A stretch of DNA of 64,000 bases from the human T2T-CHM13v2.0 reference genome, Homo sapiens, in assembly GCF_009914755.1 (NCBI RefSeq), contig NC_060935.1; one strand, given 5' to 3'. The notes beneath the pieces are model-generated. The model saw nothing but the letters and a program-made list of their open reading frames with translations. It was not told where the DNA came from and made no database searches. Made by a program: the position numbers and the translations under genes. Of the stretch, positions 23,071-36,600 are shown in pieces. Every line of letters begins with the position of its first letter. Positions within the stretch are counted from its first letter, which is position 1.

Positions 23071-26000
23071 GAATCTTTTTGTAGAATCTGCGATTGGAGA
23101 TTTGCACTGCTTTGAGGCCTACTGTAGTAAAGGAAATAACTTCATCTAAAAACCAAACGGAAGCATTCACAGACAATTCTTAGTGATCATTGGATTGAAC
23201 TAACAGAGCTGAACATGCCTTTAGATGGCGCAGTTTCCAAACAAACTTTCTGTAGAATCTGCAAGTGGATATTTGGACCTCTCTGAGGATTTCGTTGGAA
23301 ACGGGATACACTTCCCAGAACTACACGGAAGCATTCTGAGAAACTTCTTTGTGATGTTTGCATTCAACTCACAGAGTTGCACCTTGCTTTCATAGTTCAG
23401 CTTTCAAACACTCTTTTTGTAGAATCTGCAAGTGGATATTTGGACCACTTTGTGGCCTTCCTTCGAAACGGGTATATCTTCACATCAAACCTAGACAGAA
23501 GCATTCTCAGAATGTTTCCTGTGATGACTGCATTCAACTCACAGAGGTGAACAATCCTGTTGATGGAGCAGTTTTGAAACTGTCTTTCTTTGGATTCTGC
23601 AAGTGGATATGTGGACCTCTGTGAAGATTTCGTTGGAAACGGGTTCATCTTCACAGAAAAACTAAACAGGAGCATTCTCAGAAACTGCTTTGTGATGTTT
23701 GTGTTCCACTTCAGGAATTGAACTTTCCTCTTGACAGAGCAGCTCTGAAACCCTCTTTTTCTAGAATCTGCAAGTGGACATTTGGAGGGCTTTGAGTTCT
23801 GTGGTGGAAAAGGAAAATCTTCACATAAAAACTAGATGGAAGCATTCTCGGAAACTACTTTGTGATGATTGCATTCGACTCACGGAGTTGAACATTCCTA
23901 TAGATAGAGCAGGTTGTAAACAATCTTTTTGTAGAATCTGCGATTGGAGATTTGGACTGCTTTGAGGCCTACTGTAGTAAAGGAAATAACTTCATCTAAA
24001 AACCAAACGGAAGCATTCACAGACAATTCTTAGTGATCATTGGATTGAACTAACAGAGCTGAACATTCCTTTAGATGGAGCAGTTTCCAAACACACTTTC
24101 TGTAGAATCTGCAAGTGGACATTTGGACCTCTCTGAGGATTTCGTTGGAAACGGGATAAACTTCCCAGAACTACACGGAAGCATTCTGAGAAACTTCTTT
24201 GTGATGTTTGCATTCAACTCACAGAGTTGAACCTTGCTTTCATAGTTCAGCTTTCAACCACTCTTTTTGTAGAATCTGCAAGTGGATATTTGGACCACTT
24301 TGTGGCCTTCCTTCGAAACGGGTATATCTTCACATCAAACCTAGACAGAAGCATTCTCAGAATGTTTCCTGTGATGACTGCATTCAACTCACAGAGGTGA
24401 ACAATCCTGCTGATGGAGCAGTTTTGAAACTCTCTTTCTTTGGATTCTGCAAGTGGATATGTGGACCTCTGTGAAGATTTCGTTGGAAACGGGTTCATCT
24501 TCACAGAAAACCTAAACAGGAGCATTCTCAGAAACTGCTTTGTGATGTTTGTGTTCCACTTCAGGAATTGAACTTTCCTCTTGACAGAGCAGCTCTGAAA
24601 CCCTCTTTTTCTAGAATCTGCAAGTGGACATTTGGAGGGCTTTGAGTCCTGTGGTGGAAAAGGAAAATCTTCACATAAAAACTAGATGGAAGCATTCTCA
24701 GAAACTACTTTGTGATGATTGCATTCGACTCACAGAGTTGAACATTCCTATAGATAGAGCAGGTTGTAAACAATCTTTTTGTAGAATCTGCGATTGGAGA
24801 TTTGGACTGCTTTGAGGCCTACTGTAGTAAAGGAAAGAACTTCATCTAAAAACCAAACGGAAGCATTCACAGACAATTTTTAGTGATGATTTGATTGAAC
24901 TAACCGAGCTGAACATTCCTTTAGATGGAGCCGTTTCCAAACACACTTTCTGTAGAATCTGCAAGTGGACATTTGGACCTCTCTGAGGGTTTCGTTGGAA
25001 ACGGGATAAACTTCCCAGAACTACACGGAAGCATTCTGAGAAACTTCTTTGTGATGTTTGCATTCAACTCACAGAGTTGAACCTTGCTTTCATAATTCAG
25101 CTTTCAAACACTCTTTTTGTAGAATCTGCAAGTGGATATTCGGACCACTTTGTGGCCTTCCTTCGAAACGGGTATATCTTCACATCAAACCTAGACAGAA
25201 GCATTCTCAGAATGTTTCCTGTGATGACTGCATTCAACTCACAGAGGTGAACAATCCTGTTGATGGAGCAGTTTTGAAACTCTCTTTCTTTGGATTCTGC
25301 AAGTGGATATGTGGACCTCTGTGAAGATTTCGTTGGAAACGGGTTCATCTTCACAGAAAAACTAAACAGGAGCATTCTCAGAAACTGCTTTGTGATGTTT
25401 GTGTTCCACTTCAAGAATTGAACTTTCCTCTTGACAGAGCAGCTCTGAAACCCTCTTTTTCTAGAATCTGCAAGTGGACATTTGGAGGGCTTTGAGGCCT
25501 GTGGTGGAAAAGGAAAATCTTCACATAAAAACTAGATGGAAGCATTCTCAGAAACTACTTTGTGATGATTGCATTCGACCCACAGAGTTGAACATTCCTA
25601 TAGATAGAGCAGGTTGTAAAGAATCTTTTTGTAGAATCTGCGATTGGAGATTTGCACTGCTTTGAGGCCTACTGTAGTAAAGGAAATAACTTCATCTAAA
25701 AACCAAACGGAAGCATTCAGAGACAATTCTTAGTGATCATTGGATTGAACTAACAGAGCTGAACATGCCTTTAGATGGCGCAGTTTCCAAACAAACTTTC
25801 TGTAGAATCTGCAAGTGGATATTTGGACCTCTCTGAGGATTTCGTTGGAAACGGGATAAACTTCCCAGAACTACACGGAAGCATTCTGAGAAACTTCTTT
25901 GTGATGTTTGCATTCAACTCACAGAGTTGAACCTTGCTTTCATAGTTCAGCTTTCAAACACTCTTTTTGTAGAATCTGCAAGTGGATATTTGGACCACTT

Positions 26001-26808
26001 TGTGGCCTTCCTTCGAAACGGGTATATCTTCACATCAAACCTAGACAGAAGCATTCTCAGAATGTTTCCTGTGATGACTGCATTCAACTCACAGAGGTGA
26101 ACAATCCTGTTGATGGAGCAGTTTTGAAACTGTCTTTCTTTGGATTCTGCAGGTGGATATGTGGACCTCTGTGAAGATTTCGTTGGAAACGGGTTCATCT
26201 TCACAGAAAAACTAAACAGGAGCATTCTCAGAAACTGCTTTGTGATGTTTGTGTTCCACTTCAGGAATTGAACTTTCCTCTTGACAGAGCAGCTCTGAAA
26301 CCCTCTTTTTCTAGAATCTGCAAGTGGACATTTGGAGGGCTTTGAGTTCTGTGGTGGAAAAGGAAAATCTTCACATAAAAACTAGATGGAAGCATTCTCG
26401 GAAACTACTTTGTGATGATTGCATTCGACTCACGGAGTTGAACATTCCTATAGATAGAGCAGGTTGTAAACAATCTTTTTGTAGAATCTGCGATTGGAGA
26501 TTTGGACTGCTTTGAGGCCTACTGTAGTAAAGGAAATAACTTCATCTAAAAACCAAACGGAAGCATTCACAGACAATTCTTAGTGATCATTGGATTGAAC
26601 TAACAGAGCTGAACATTCCTTTAGATGGAGCAGTTTCCAAACACACTTTCTGTAGAATCTGCAAGTGGACATTTGGACCTCTCTGAGGATTTCGTTGGAA
26701 ACGGGAAAAACTTCCCAGAACTACACGGAAGCATTCTGAGAAACTTCTTTGTGATGTTTGCATTCAACTCACAGAGTTGAACCTTGCTTTCATAGTTCAG
26801 CTTTCAAC
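23071..26808 (+). repeat. Diverged duplication at 2550-bp offset (about 23071-24258 vs 25621-26808)
   Basis: Shared rare alleles gtaaaGaatc, tttgCactg, aacatGcc, aaacaAac, gagTTctg, ttctcGga, cacGgag and ttcaaCca. Confidence 0.85.
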
Positions 26809-29256
26809 CACTCTTTTTGTAGAATCTGCAAGTGGATATTTGGACCACTTTGTGGCCTTCCTTCGAAACGGGTATATCTTCACATCAAACCTAGACAGAA
26901 GCATTCTCAGAATGTTTCCTGTGATGACTGCATTCAACTCACAGAGGTGAACAATCCTGCTGATGGAGCAGTTTTGAAACTCTCTTTCTTTGGATTCTGC
27001 AAGTGGATATGTGGACCTCTGTGAAGATTTCGTTGGAAACGGGTTCATCTTCACAGAAAAACTAAACAGGAGCATTCTCAGAAACTGCTTTGTGATGTTT
27101 GTGTTCCACTTCAGGAATTGAACTTTCCTCTTGACAGAGCAGCTCTGAAACCCTCTTTTCTAGAATCTGCAAGTGGACATTTGGAGGGCTTTGAGGCCTG
27201 TGGTGGAAAAGGAAAATCTTCACATAAAAATTAGATGGAAGCATTCTCAGAAACTACTTTGTGATGATTGCATTCGACTCACAGAGTTGAACATTCCTAT
27301 AGATAGAGCAGGTTGTAAACAATCTTTTCGTAGAATCTGCGATTGGAGATTTGGACTGCTTTGAGGCCTACTGTAGTAAAGGAAATAACTTCATCTAAAA
27401 ACCAAACGGAAGCATTCACAGACAATTCTTAGTGATCATTGGATTGAACTAACAGAGCTGAACATTCCTTTAGATGGAGCAGTTTCCAAACACACTTTCT
27501 GTAGAATCTGCCAGTGGATATTTTGACCTCTCTGAGGGTTTCGTTGGAAAAGGGATAAACTTCCCAAAACTACACGGAAGCATTCTGAGAAACTTCTTTG
27601 TGATGTTTGCATTCAACTCACAGGGTTGAAACTTGCTTTCATAGTTCAGCCTTCAAACACTCTTTTTGTAGAATCTGCAAGTGGATATTTGGACCACTTT
27701 GTGGCCTTCCTTCGAAACGGGTATATCTTCACATCAAACCTAGACAGAAGCATTCTCAGAATGTTTCCTGTGATGACTGCTTTCAACTCTCAGAGGTGAA
27801 CAATCCTGTTGATGGAGCAGTTTTGAAACTCTCTTTCTTTGGATTCTGCAAGTGGATATGTGGACCTCTGTGAACATTTCGTTGGAAACGGGTTCATCTT
27901 CACAGAAAAACTAAACAGGAGCATTCTCAGAAACTGCTTTGTGATGTTTGTGTTCCACTTCAGGAATTGAACTTTCCTCTTGACAGAGCAGCTCTGAAAC
28001 CCTCTTTTTCTAGAATCTGCAAGTGGACATTTGGAGGGCTTTGAGGCCTGTGGTGGAAAAGGAAAATCTTCACATAAAAACTAGATGGAATCATTCTCAG
28101 AAACTACTTTGTGATGATTGCATTCGACTCACAGAGTTGAACATTCCTATAGATAGAGCAGGTTGTAAACAATCTTTTTGTAGAATCTGCGATTGGAGAT
28201 TTGGACTGCTTTGAGGCCTACTGTAGTAAAGGAAAGAACTTCATCTAAAAACCAAACGGAAGCATTCACAGACAATTCTTAGTGATCATTGGATTGAACT
28301 AACAGAGCTGAACATTCCTTTAGATGGAGCAGTTTCCAAACACACTTTCTGTAGAATCTGCAAGTGGATATTTGGACCTCTCTGAGGATTTCGTTGGAAA
28401 CGGGATAAACTTCCCAGAACTACACGGAAGCATTCTGAGAATGTTCTTTGTGATGTTTGCATTCAACTCACAGAGTTGAACATGGCTTTCATATTTCAGC
28501 TTTCAAACACTCTTTTTGCAGAATCTGCAAGTGGATATTTGGACCACTTTGTGGCCTTCCTTCGAAACGGGTATATCTTCACATCAAACCTAGACAGAAG
28601 CATTCTCAGAATGTTTCCTGTGATGACTGCATTCAACTCACAGAGGTGAACAATCCTGTTGATGGAGCAGTTTTGAAACTCTCTTTCTTTGGATTCTGCA
28701 AGTGGATATGTGGACCTCTGTGAAGATTTCGTTGGAAACGGGTTCATCTTCACAGAAAAACTAAACAGGAGCATTCTCAGAAACTGCTTTGTGATGTTTG
28801 TGTTCCACTTCAAGAATTGAACTTTCCTCTTGACAGAGCAGCTCTGAAACCCTCTTTTTCTAGAATCTGCAAGTGGACATTTGGAGGGCTTTGAGGCCTG
28901 TGGTGGAAAAGGAAAATCTTCACATAAAAACTAGATGGAAGCATTCTCAGAAACTACTTTGTGATGACTGCATTCGACTCACAGAGTTGAACATTCCTAT
29001 AGATAGAGCAGGTTGTAAACAATCTTTTTGTAGAATCTGCGATTGGAGATTTGGACTGCTTTGAGGCCTACTGTAGTAAAGGAAATAACTTCATCTAAAA
29101 ACCAAACGGAAGCATTCACAGACAATTCTTAGTGATCATTGGATTGAACTAACAGAGCTGAACATTCCTTTAGATGGCGCAGTTTCCAAACACACTTTCT
29201 GTAGAATCTGCAAGTGGATATTTGGACCTCTCTGAGGATTTCGTTGGAAACGGGAT

Positions 29257-32200
29257 ATACTTCCCAGAAATACACGGAAGCATTCTGAGAAACTTCTTTG
29301 TGATGTTTGCATTCAACTCACAGAGTTGAACCTTGCTTTCATAGTTCAGCTTTCAAACACTCTTTTTGTAGAATCTGCAAGTGGATATTTGGACCACTTT
29401 GTGGCCTTCCTTCGAAACGGGTATATCTTCACATCAAAGCTAGACAGAAGCATTCTCAGAATGTTTCCTGTGATGACTGCATTCAACTCACAGAGATGAA
29501 CAATCCTGCTGATGGAGCAGTTTTGAAACTCTCTTTCTTTGGATTCTGCAAGTGGATATGTGGACCTCTGTGAAGATTTCGTTGGAAAAGTGTTCATCTT
29601 CACAGAAAAACTAAACAGGAGCATTCTCAGAAACTGCTTTGTGATGTTTGTGTTCCACTTCAGGAATTGAACTTTCCTCTTGACAGAGCAGCTCTGAAAC
29701 CCTCTTTTTCTAGAATCTGCAAGTGGACATTTGGAGGGCTTTGAGGCCTGTGGTGGAAAACGAAAATCTTCACATAAAAACTAGATGGAAGCATTCTCAG
29801 AAACTACTTTGTGATGATTGCATTCGACTCACAGAGTTGAACATTCCTATAGAGAGAGCAGGTTGTAAACAATCTTTTTGTAGAATCTGAGATTGGAGAT
29901 TTGGACTGCTTTGAGGCCTACTGTAGTAAAGGAAATAACTTCATTTAAAAACCAAACGGAAGCATTCACAGACAATTCTTAGTGATCATTGGATTGAACT
30001 AACAGAGCTGAACATTCCTTTAGATGGCGCAGTTTCCAAACACACTTTCTGTAGAATCTGCAAGTGGATATTTGGACCTCTCTGAAGATTTCGTTGGAAA
30101 CGGGATAAACTTCCCAGAACTACACGGAAGCATTCTGAGAAACTTCTTTGTGATGTTTGCATTCAACTCACAGAGTTGAACCTTGCTTTCATAGTTCAGC
30201 TTTCAAACACTCTTTTTGTAGAATCTGCAAGTAGATATTTGGACCAGTTTGTGGCCTTCCTTCGAAACGGGTATATCTTCACATCAAACCTAGACAGAAG
30301 CATTCTCAGAATGTTTCCTGTGATGACTGCATTCAACTCACAGAGGTGAACAATCCTGTTGATGGAGCAGTTTTGAAACTCTCTTTCTTTGGATTCTGCA
30401 TGTGGATATGTGGACCTCTGTGAAGATTTCGTTGGAAACGGGTTCATCTTCACAGAAAAACTAAACAGGAGCATTCTCAGAAACTGCTTTGTGATGTTTG
30501 TGTTCCACTTCAGGAATTGAACTTTCCTCTTGACAGAGTAGCTCTGAAACCCTCTTTTTCTAGAATCTGCAAGTGGACATTTGGAGGGCTTTGAGGCCTG
30601 TGGTGGAAAAGGAAAATCTTCACATAAAAACTAGATGGAAGCATTCTCAGAAACTACTTTGTGATGATTGCATTCGACTCACAGAGTTGAACATTCCTAT
30701 AGATAGAGCAGGTTGTAAACAATCTTTTTGTAGAATCTGCGATTGGAGATTTGGACTGCTTTGAGGCCTACTGTAGTAAAGGAAAGAACTTCATCTAAAA
30801 TCCAAACGGAAGCATTCACAGAGAATTTTTAGTGATGATTTGATTGAACTAACAGAGCTGAACATGCCTTTAGATGGCGCAGTTTCCAAACACACTTTCT
30901 GTAGAATCTGCAAGTGGATATTTGGACCTCTCTGAGGATTTCGTTGGAAACGGGATAAACTTCCCAGAACTACACGGAAGCATTCTGAGAAACTTCTTTG
31001 TGATGTTTGTATTCAACTCACAGAGTTGAACCTTGCTTTCATAGTTCAGCTTTCAAACACTCTTTTTGTAGAATCTGCAAGTGGATATTTGGACCACTTT
31101 GTGGCCTTCCTTCGAAACGGGTATATCTTCACATCAAACCTAGACAGAAGCATTCTCAGAATGTTTCCTGTGATGACTGCATTCAACTCACAGAGGTGAA
31201 CAATCCTGCTGATGGAGCAGTTTTGAAACTCTCTTTCTTTGGATTCTGCAAGTGGATATGTGGACCTCTGTGAAGATTTCGTTGGAAACGGGTTCATCTT
31301 CACAGAAAAACTAAACAGGAGCATTCTCAGAAACTGCTTTGTGATGTTTGTGTTCCACTTCAGGAATTGAACTTTCCTCTTGACAGAGCAGCTCTGAAAC
31401 CCTCTTTTTCTAGAATCTGCAAGTGGACATTTGGAGGGCTTTGAGGCCTGTGGTGGAAAAGGAAAATCTTCACATAAAAACTAGATGGAAGCATTCTCAG
31501 AAACTACTTTGTGATGATTGCATTCGACTCACAGAGTTGAACATTCCTATAGATAGAGCAGGTTGTAAACAATCTTTTTGTAGAATCTGCGATTGGAGAT
31601 TTGGACTGCTTTGAGGCCTACTGTAGTAAAGGAAATAACTTCATCTAAAAACCAAACGGAAGCATTCACAGACAATTCTTAGTGATCATTGGATTGAACT
31701 AACAGAGCTGAACATTCCTTTAGATGGCGCAGTTTCCAAACACACTTTCTGTAGAATCTGCAAGTGGATATTTGGACCTCTCTGAGGATTTCGTTGGAAA
31801 CGGGATATACTTCCCAGAACTACACGGAAGCATTCTGAGAAACTTCTTTGTGATGTTTGCATTCAACTCACAGAGTTGAACCTTGCTTTCATAGTTCAGC
31901 TTTCAAACACTCTTTTTGTAGAATCTGCAAGTGGATATTTGGACCACTTTGTGGCCTTCCTTCGAAACGGGTATATCTTCACATCAAAGCTAGACAGAAG
32001 CATTCTCAGAATGTTTCCTGTGATGACTGCATTCAACTCACAGAGGTGAACAATCCTGCTGATGGAGCAGTTTTGAAACTCTCTTTCTTTGGATTCTGCA
32101 AGTGGATATGTGGACCTCTGTGAAGATTTCGTTGGAAAAGTGTTCATCTTCACAGAAAAACTAAACAGGAGCATTCTCAGAAACTGCTTTGTGATGTTTG

Positions 32201-33090
32201 TGTTCCACTTCAGGAATTGAACTTTCCTCTTGACAGAGCAGCTCTGAAACCCTCTTTTTCTAGAATCTGCAAGTGGACATTTGGAGGGCTTTGAGGCCTG
32301 TGGTGGAAAACGAAAATCTTCACATAAAAACTAGATGGAAGCATTCTCAGAAACTACTTTGTGATGATTGCATTCGACTCACAGAGTTGAACATTCCTAT
32401 AGAGAGAGCAGGTTGTAAACAATCTTTTTGTAGAATCTGAGATTGGAGATTTGGACTGCTTTGAGGCCTACTGTAGTAAAGGAAATAACTTCATTTAAAA
32501 ACCAAACGGAAGCATTCACAGACAATTCTTAGTGATCATTGGATTGAACTAACAGAGCTGAACATTCCTTTAGATGGCACAGTTTCCAAACACACTTTCT
32601 GTAGAATCTGCAAGTGGATATTTGGACCTCTCTGAGGATTTCGTTGGAAACGGGATAAACTTCCCAGAACTACACGGAAGCATTCTGAGAAACTTCTTTG
32701 TGATGTTTGCATTCAACTCACAGAGTTGAACCTTGCTTTCATAGTTCAGCTTTCAAACACTCTTTTTGTAGAATCTGCAAGTAGATATTTGGACCACTTT
32801 GTGGCCTTCCTTCGAAACGGGTATATCTTCACATCAAACCTAGACAGAAGCATTCTCAGAATGTTTCCTGTGATGACTGCATTCAACTCACAGAGGTGAA
32901 CAATCCTGTTGATGGAGCAGTTTTGAAACTCTCTTTCTTTGGATTCTGCATGTGGATATGTGGACCTCTGTGAAGATTTCGTTGGAAACGGGTTCATCTT
33001 CACAGAAAAACTAAACAGGAGCATTCTCAGAAACTGCTTTGTGATGTTTGTGTTCCACTTCAGGAATTGAACTTTCCTCTTGACAGAGTA
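29257..33090 (+). repeat. Duplication at 2550-bp offset (about 29257-30540 vs 31807-33090)
   Basis: Shared alleles gataTac, aaaGctag, ggaaaAgTg, ggaaaaCga, tagaGaga, tctgAga, gtAgata, tgcaTgtg and agagTagc. Confidence 0.85.
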
Positions 33091-36000
33091 GCTCTGAAAC
33101 CCTCTTTTTCTAGAATCTGCAAGTGGACATTTGGAGGGCTTTGAGGCCTGTGGTGGAAAAGGAAAACCTTCACATAAAAACTAGATGGAAGCATTCTCAG
33201 AAACTACTTTGTGATGATTGCATTCGACTCACAGAGTTGAACATTCCTATAGATAGAGCAGGTTGTAAACAATCTTTTTGTAGAATCTGCGATTGGAGAT
33301 TTGGACTGCTTTGAGGCCTACTGTAGTAAAGGAAATAACTTCATCTAAAAACCAAACGGAAGCATTCACAGACAATTTTTAGTGATGATTTGATTGAACT
33401 AACCGAGCTGAACATTCCTTTAGATGGAGCCGTTTCCAAACACACTTTCTGTAGAATCTGCAAGTGGACATTTGGACCTCTCTGAGGGTTTCGTTGGAAA
33501 CGGGATAAACTTCCCAGAACTACACGGAAGCATTCTGAGAAACTTCTTTGTGATGTTTGCATTCAACTCACAGAGTTGAACCTTGCTTTCATAATTCAGC
33601 TTTCAAACACTCTTTTTGTAGAATCTGCAAGTGGATATTCGGACCACTTTGTGGCCTTCCTTCGAAACGGGTATATCTTCACATCAAACCTAGACAGAAG
33701 CATTCTCAGAATGTTTCCTGTGATGACTGCATTCAACTCACAGAGGTGAACAATCCTGTTGATGGAGCAGTTTTGAAACTCTCTTTCTTTGGATTCTGCA
33801 AGTGGATATGTGGACCTCTGTGAAGATTTCGTTGGAAACGGGTTCATCTTCACAGAAAAACTAAACAGGAGCATTCTCAGAAACTGCTTTGTGATGTTTG
33901 TGTTCCACTTCAAGAATTGAACTTTCCTCTTGACAGAGCAGCTCTGAAACCCTCTTTTTCTAGAATCTGCAAGTGGACATTTGGAGGGCTTTGAGGCCTG
34001 TGGTGGAAAAGGAAAATCTTCACATAAAAACTAGATGGAAGCATTCTCAGAAACTACTTTGTGATGATTGCATTCGACCCACAGAGTTGAACATTCCTAT
34101 AGATAGAGCAGGTTGTAAAGAATCTTTTTGTAGAATCTGCGATTGGAGATTTGCACTGCTTTGAGGCCTACTGTAGTAAAGGAAATAACTTCATCTAAAA
34201 ACCAAACGGAAGCATTCAGAGACAATTCTTAGTGATCATTGGATTGAACTAACAGAGCTGAACATGCCTTTAGATGGCGCAGTTTCCAAACAAACTTTCT
34301 GTAGAATCTGCAAGTGGATATTTGGACCTCTCTGAGGATTTCGTTGGAAACGGGATACACTTCCCAGAACTACACGGAAGCATTCTGAGAAACTTCTTTG
34401 TGATGTTTGCATTCAACTCACAGAGTTGAACCTTGCTTTCATAGTTCAGCTTTCAAACACTCTTTTTGTAGAATCTGCAAGTGGATATTTGGACCACTTT
34501 GTGGCCTTCCTTCGAAACGGGTATATCTTCACATCAAACCTAGACAGAAGCATTCTCAGAATGTTTCCTGTGATGACTGCATTCAACTCACAGAGGTGAA
34601 CAATCCTGTTGATGGAGCAGTTTTGAAACTGTCTTTCTTTGGATTCTGCAAGTGGATATGTGGACCTCTGTGAAGATTTCGTTGGAAACGGGTTCATCTT
34701 CACAGAAAAACTAAACAGGAGCATTCTCAGAAACTGCTTTGTGATGTTTGTGTTCCACTTCAGGAATTGAACTTTCCTCTTGACAGAGCAGCTCTGAAAC
34801 CCTCTTTTTCTAGAATCTGCAAGTGGACATTTGGAGGGCTTTGAGTTCTGTGGTGGAAAAGGAAAATCTTCACATAAAAACTAGATGGAAGCATTCTCGG
34901 AAACTACTTTGTGATGATTGCATTCGACTCACGGAGTTGAACATTCCTATAGATAGAGCAGGTTGTAAACAATCTTTTTGTAGAATCTGCGATTGGAGAT
35001 TTGGACTGCTTTGAGGCCTACTGTAGTAAAGGAAATAACTTCATCTAAAAACCAAACGGAAGCATTCACAGACAATTCTTAGTGATCATTGGATTGAACT
35101 AACAGAGCTGAACATTCCTTTAGATGGAGCAGTTTCCAAACACACTTTCTGTAGAATCTGCAAGTGGACATTTGGACCTCTCTGAGGATTTCGTTGGAAA
35201 CGGGATAAACTTCCCAGAACTACACGGAAGCATTCTGAGAAACTTCTTTGTGATGTTTGCATTCAACTCACAGAGTTGAACCTTGCTTTCATAGTTCAGC
35301 TTTCAACCACTCTTTTTGTAGAATCTGCAAGTGGATATTTGGACCACTTTGTGGCCTTCCTTCGAAACGGGTATATCTTCACATCAAACCTAGACAGAAG
35401 CATTCTCAGAATGTTTCCTGTGATGACTGCATTCAACTCACAGAGGTGAACAATCCTGCTGATGGAGCAGTTTTGAAACTCTCTTTCTTTGGATTCTGCA
35501 AGTGGATATGTGGACCTCTGTGAAGATTTCGTTGGAAACGGGTTCATCTTCACAGAAAAACTAAACAGGAGCATTCTCAGAAACTGCTTTGTGATGTTTG
35601 TGTTCCACTTCAGGAATTGAACTTTCCTCTTGACAGAGCAGCTCTGAAACCCTCTTTTTCTAGAATCTGCAAGTGGACATTTGGAGGGCTTTGAGGCCTG
35701 TGGTGGAAAAGGAAAATCTTCACATAAAAACTAGATGGAAGCATTCTCAGAAACTACTTTGTGATGATTGCATTCGACTCACAGAGTTGAACATTCCTAT
35801 AGATAGAGCAGGTTGTAAACAATCTTTTTGTAGAATCTGCGATTGGAGATTTGGACTGCTTTGAGGCCTACTGTAGTAAAGGAAATAACTTCATCTAAAA
35901 ACCAAACGGAAGCATTCACAGACAATTCTTAGTGATCATTGGATTGAACTAACAGAGCTGAACATTCCTTTAGATGGAGCAGTTTCCAAACACACTTTCT

Positions 36001-36600
36001 GTAGAATCTGCAAGTGGATATTTGGACCTCTCTGAGGATTTCGTTGGAAACGGGATAAACTTCCCAGAACTACACGGAAGCATTCTGAGAATGTTCTTTG
36101 TGATGTTTGCATTCAACTCACAGAGTTGAACATGGCTTTCATATTTCAGCTTTCAAACACTCTTTTTGTAGAATCTGCAAGTGGATATTTGGACCACTTT
36201 GTGGCCTTCCTTCGAAACGGGTATATCTTCACATCAAACCTAGACAGAAGCATTCTCAGAATGTTTCCTGTGATGACTGCATTCAACTCACAGAGGTGAA
36301 AAATCCTGTTGATGGAGCAGTTTTGAAACTCTCTTTCTTTGGATTCTGCAAGTGGATATGTGGACCTCTGTGAAGATTTCGTTGGAAACGGGTTCATCTT
36401 CACAGAAAAACTAAACAGGAGCATTCTCAGAAACTGCTTTGTGATGTTTGTGTTCCACTTCAAGAATTGAACTTTCCTCTTGACAGAGCAGCTCTGAAAC
36501 CCTCTTTTTCTAGAATCTGCAAGTGGACATTTGGAGGGCTTTGAGGCCTGTGGTGGAAAAGGAAAATCTTCACATAAAAACTAGATGGAAGCATTCTCAG

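Noticed and set aside
29751-29766. A-box variant ggtggaaaaCgaaaa (29761, 32311, 57808) as a reciprocal gain of a CENP-B box next to the broken one
   Set aside because: The new C is one base out of register, and both TTCG and CGGG are still missing; it is just a linked SNP.
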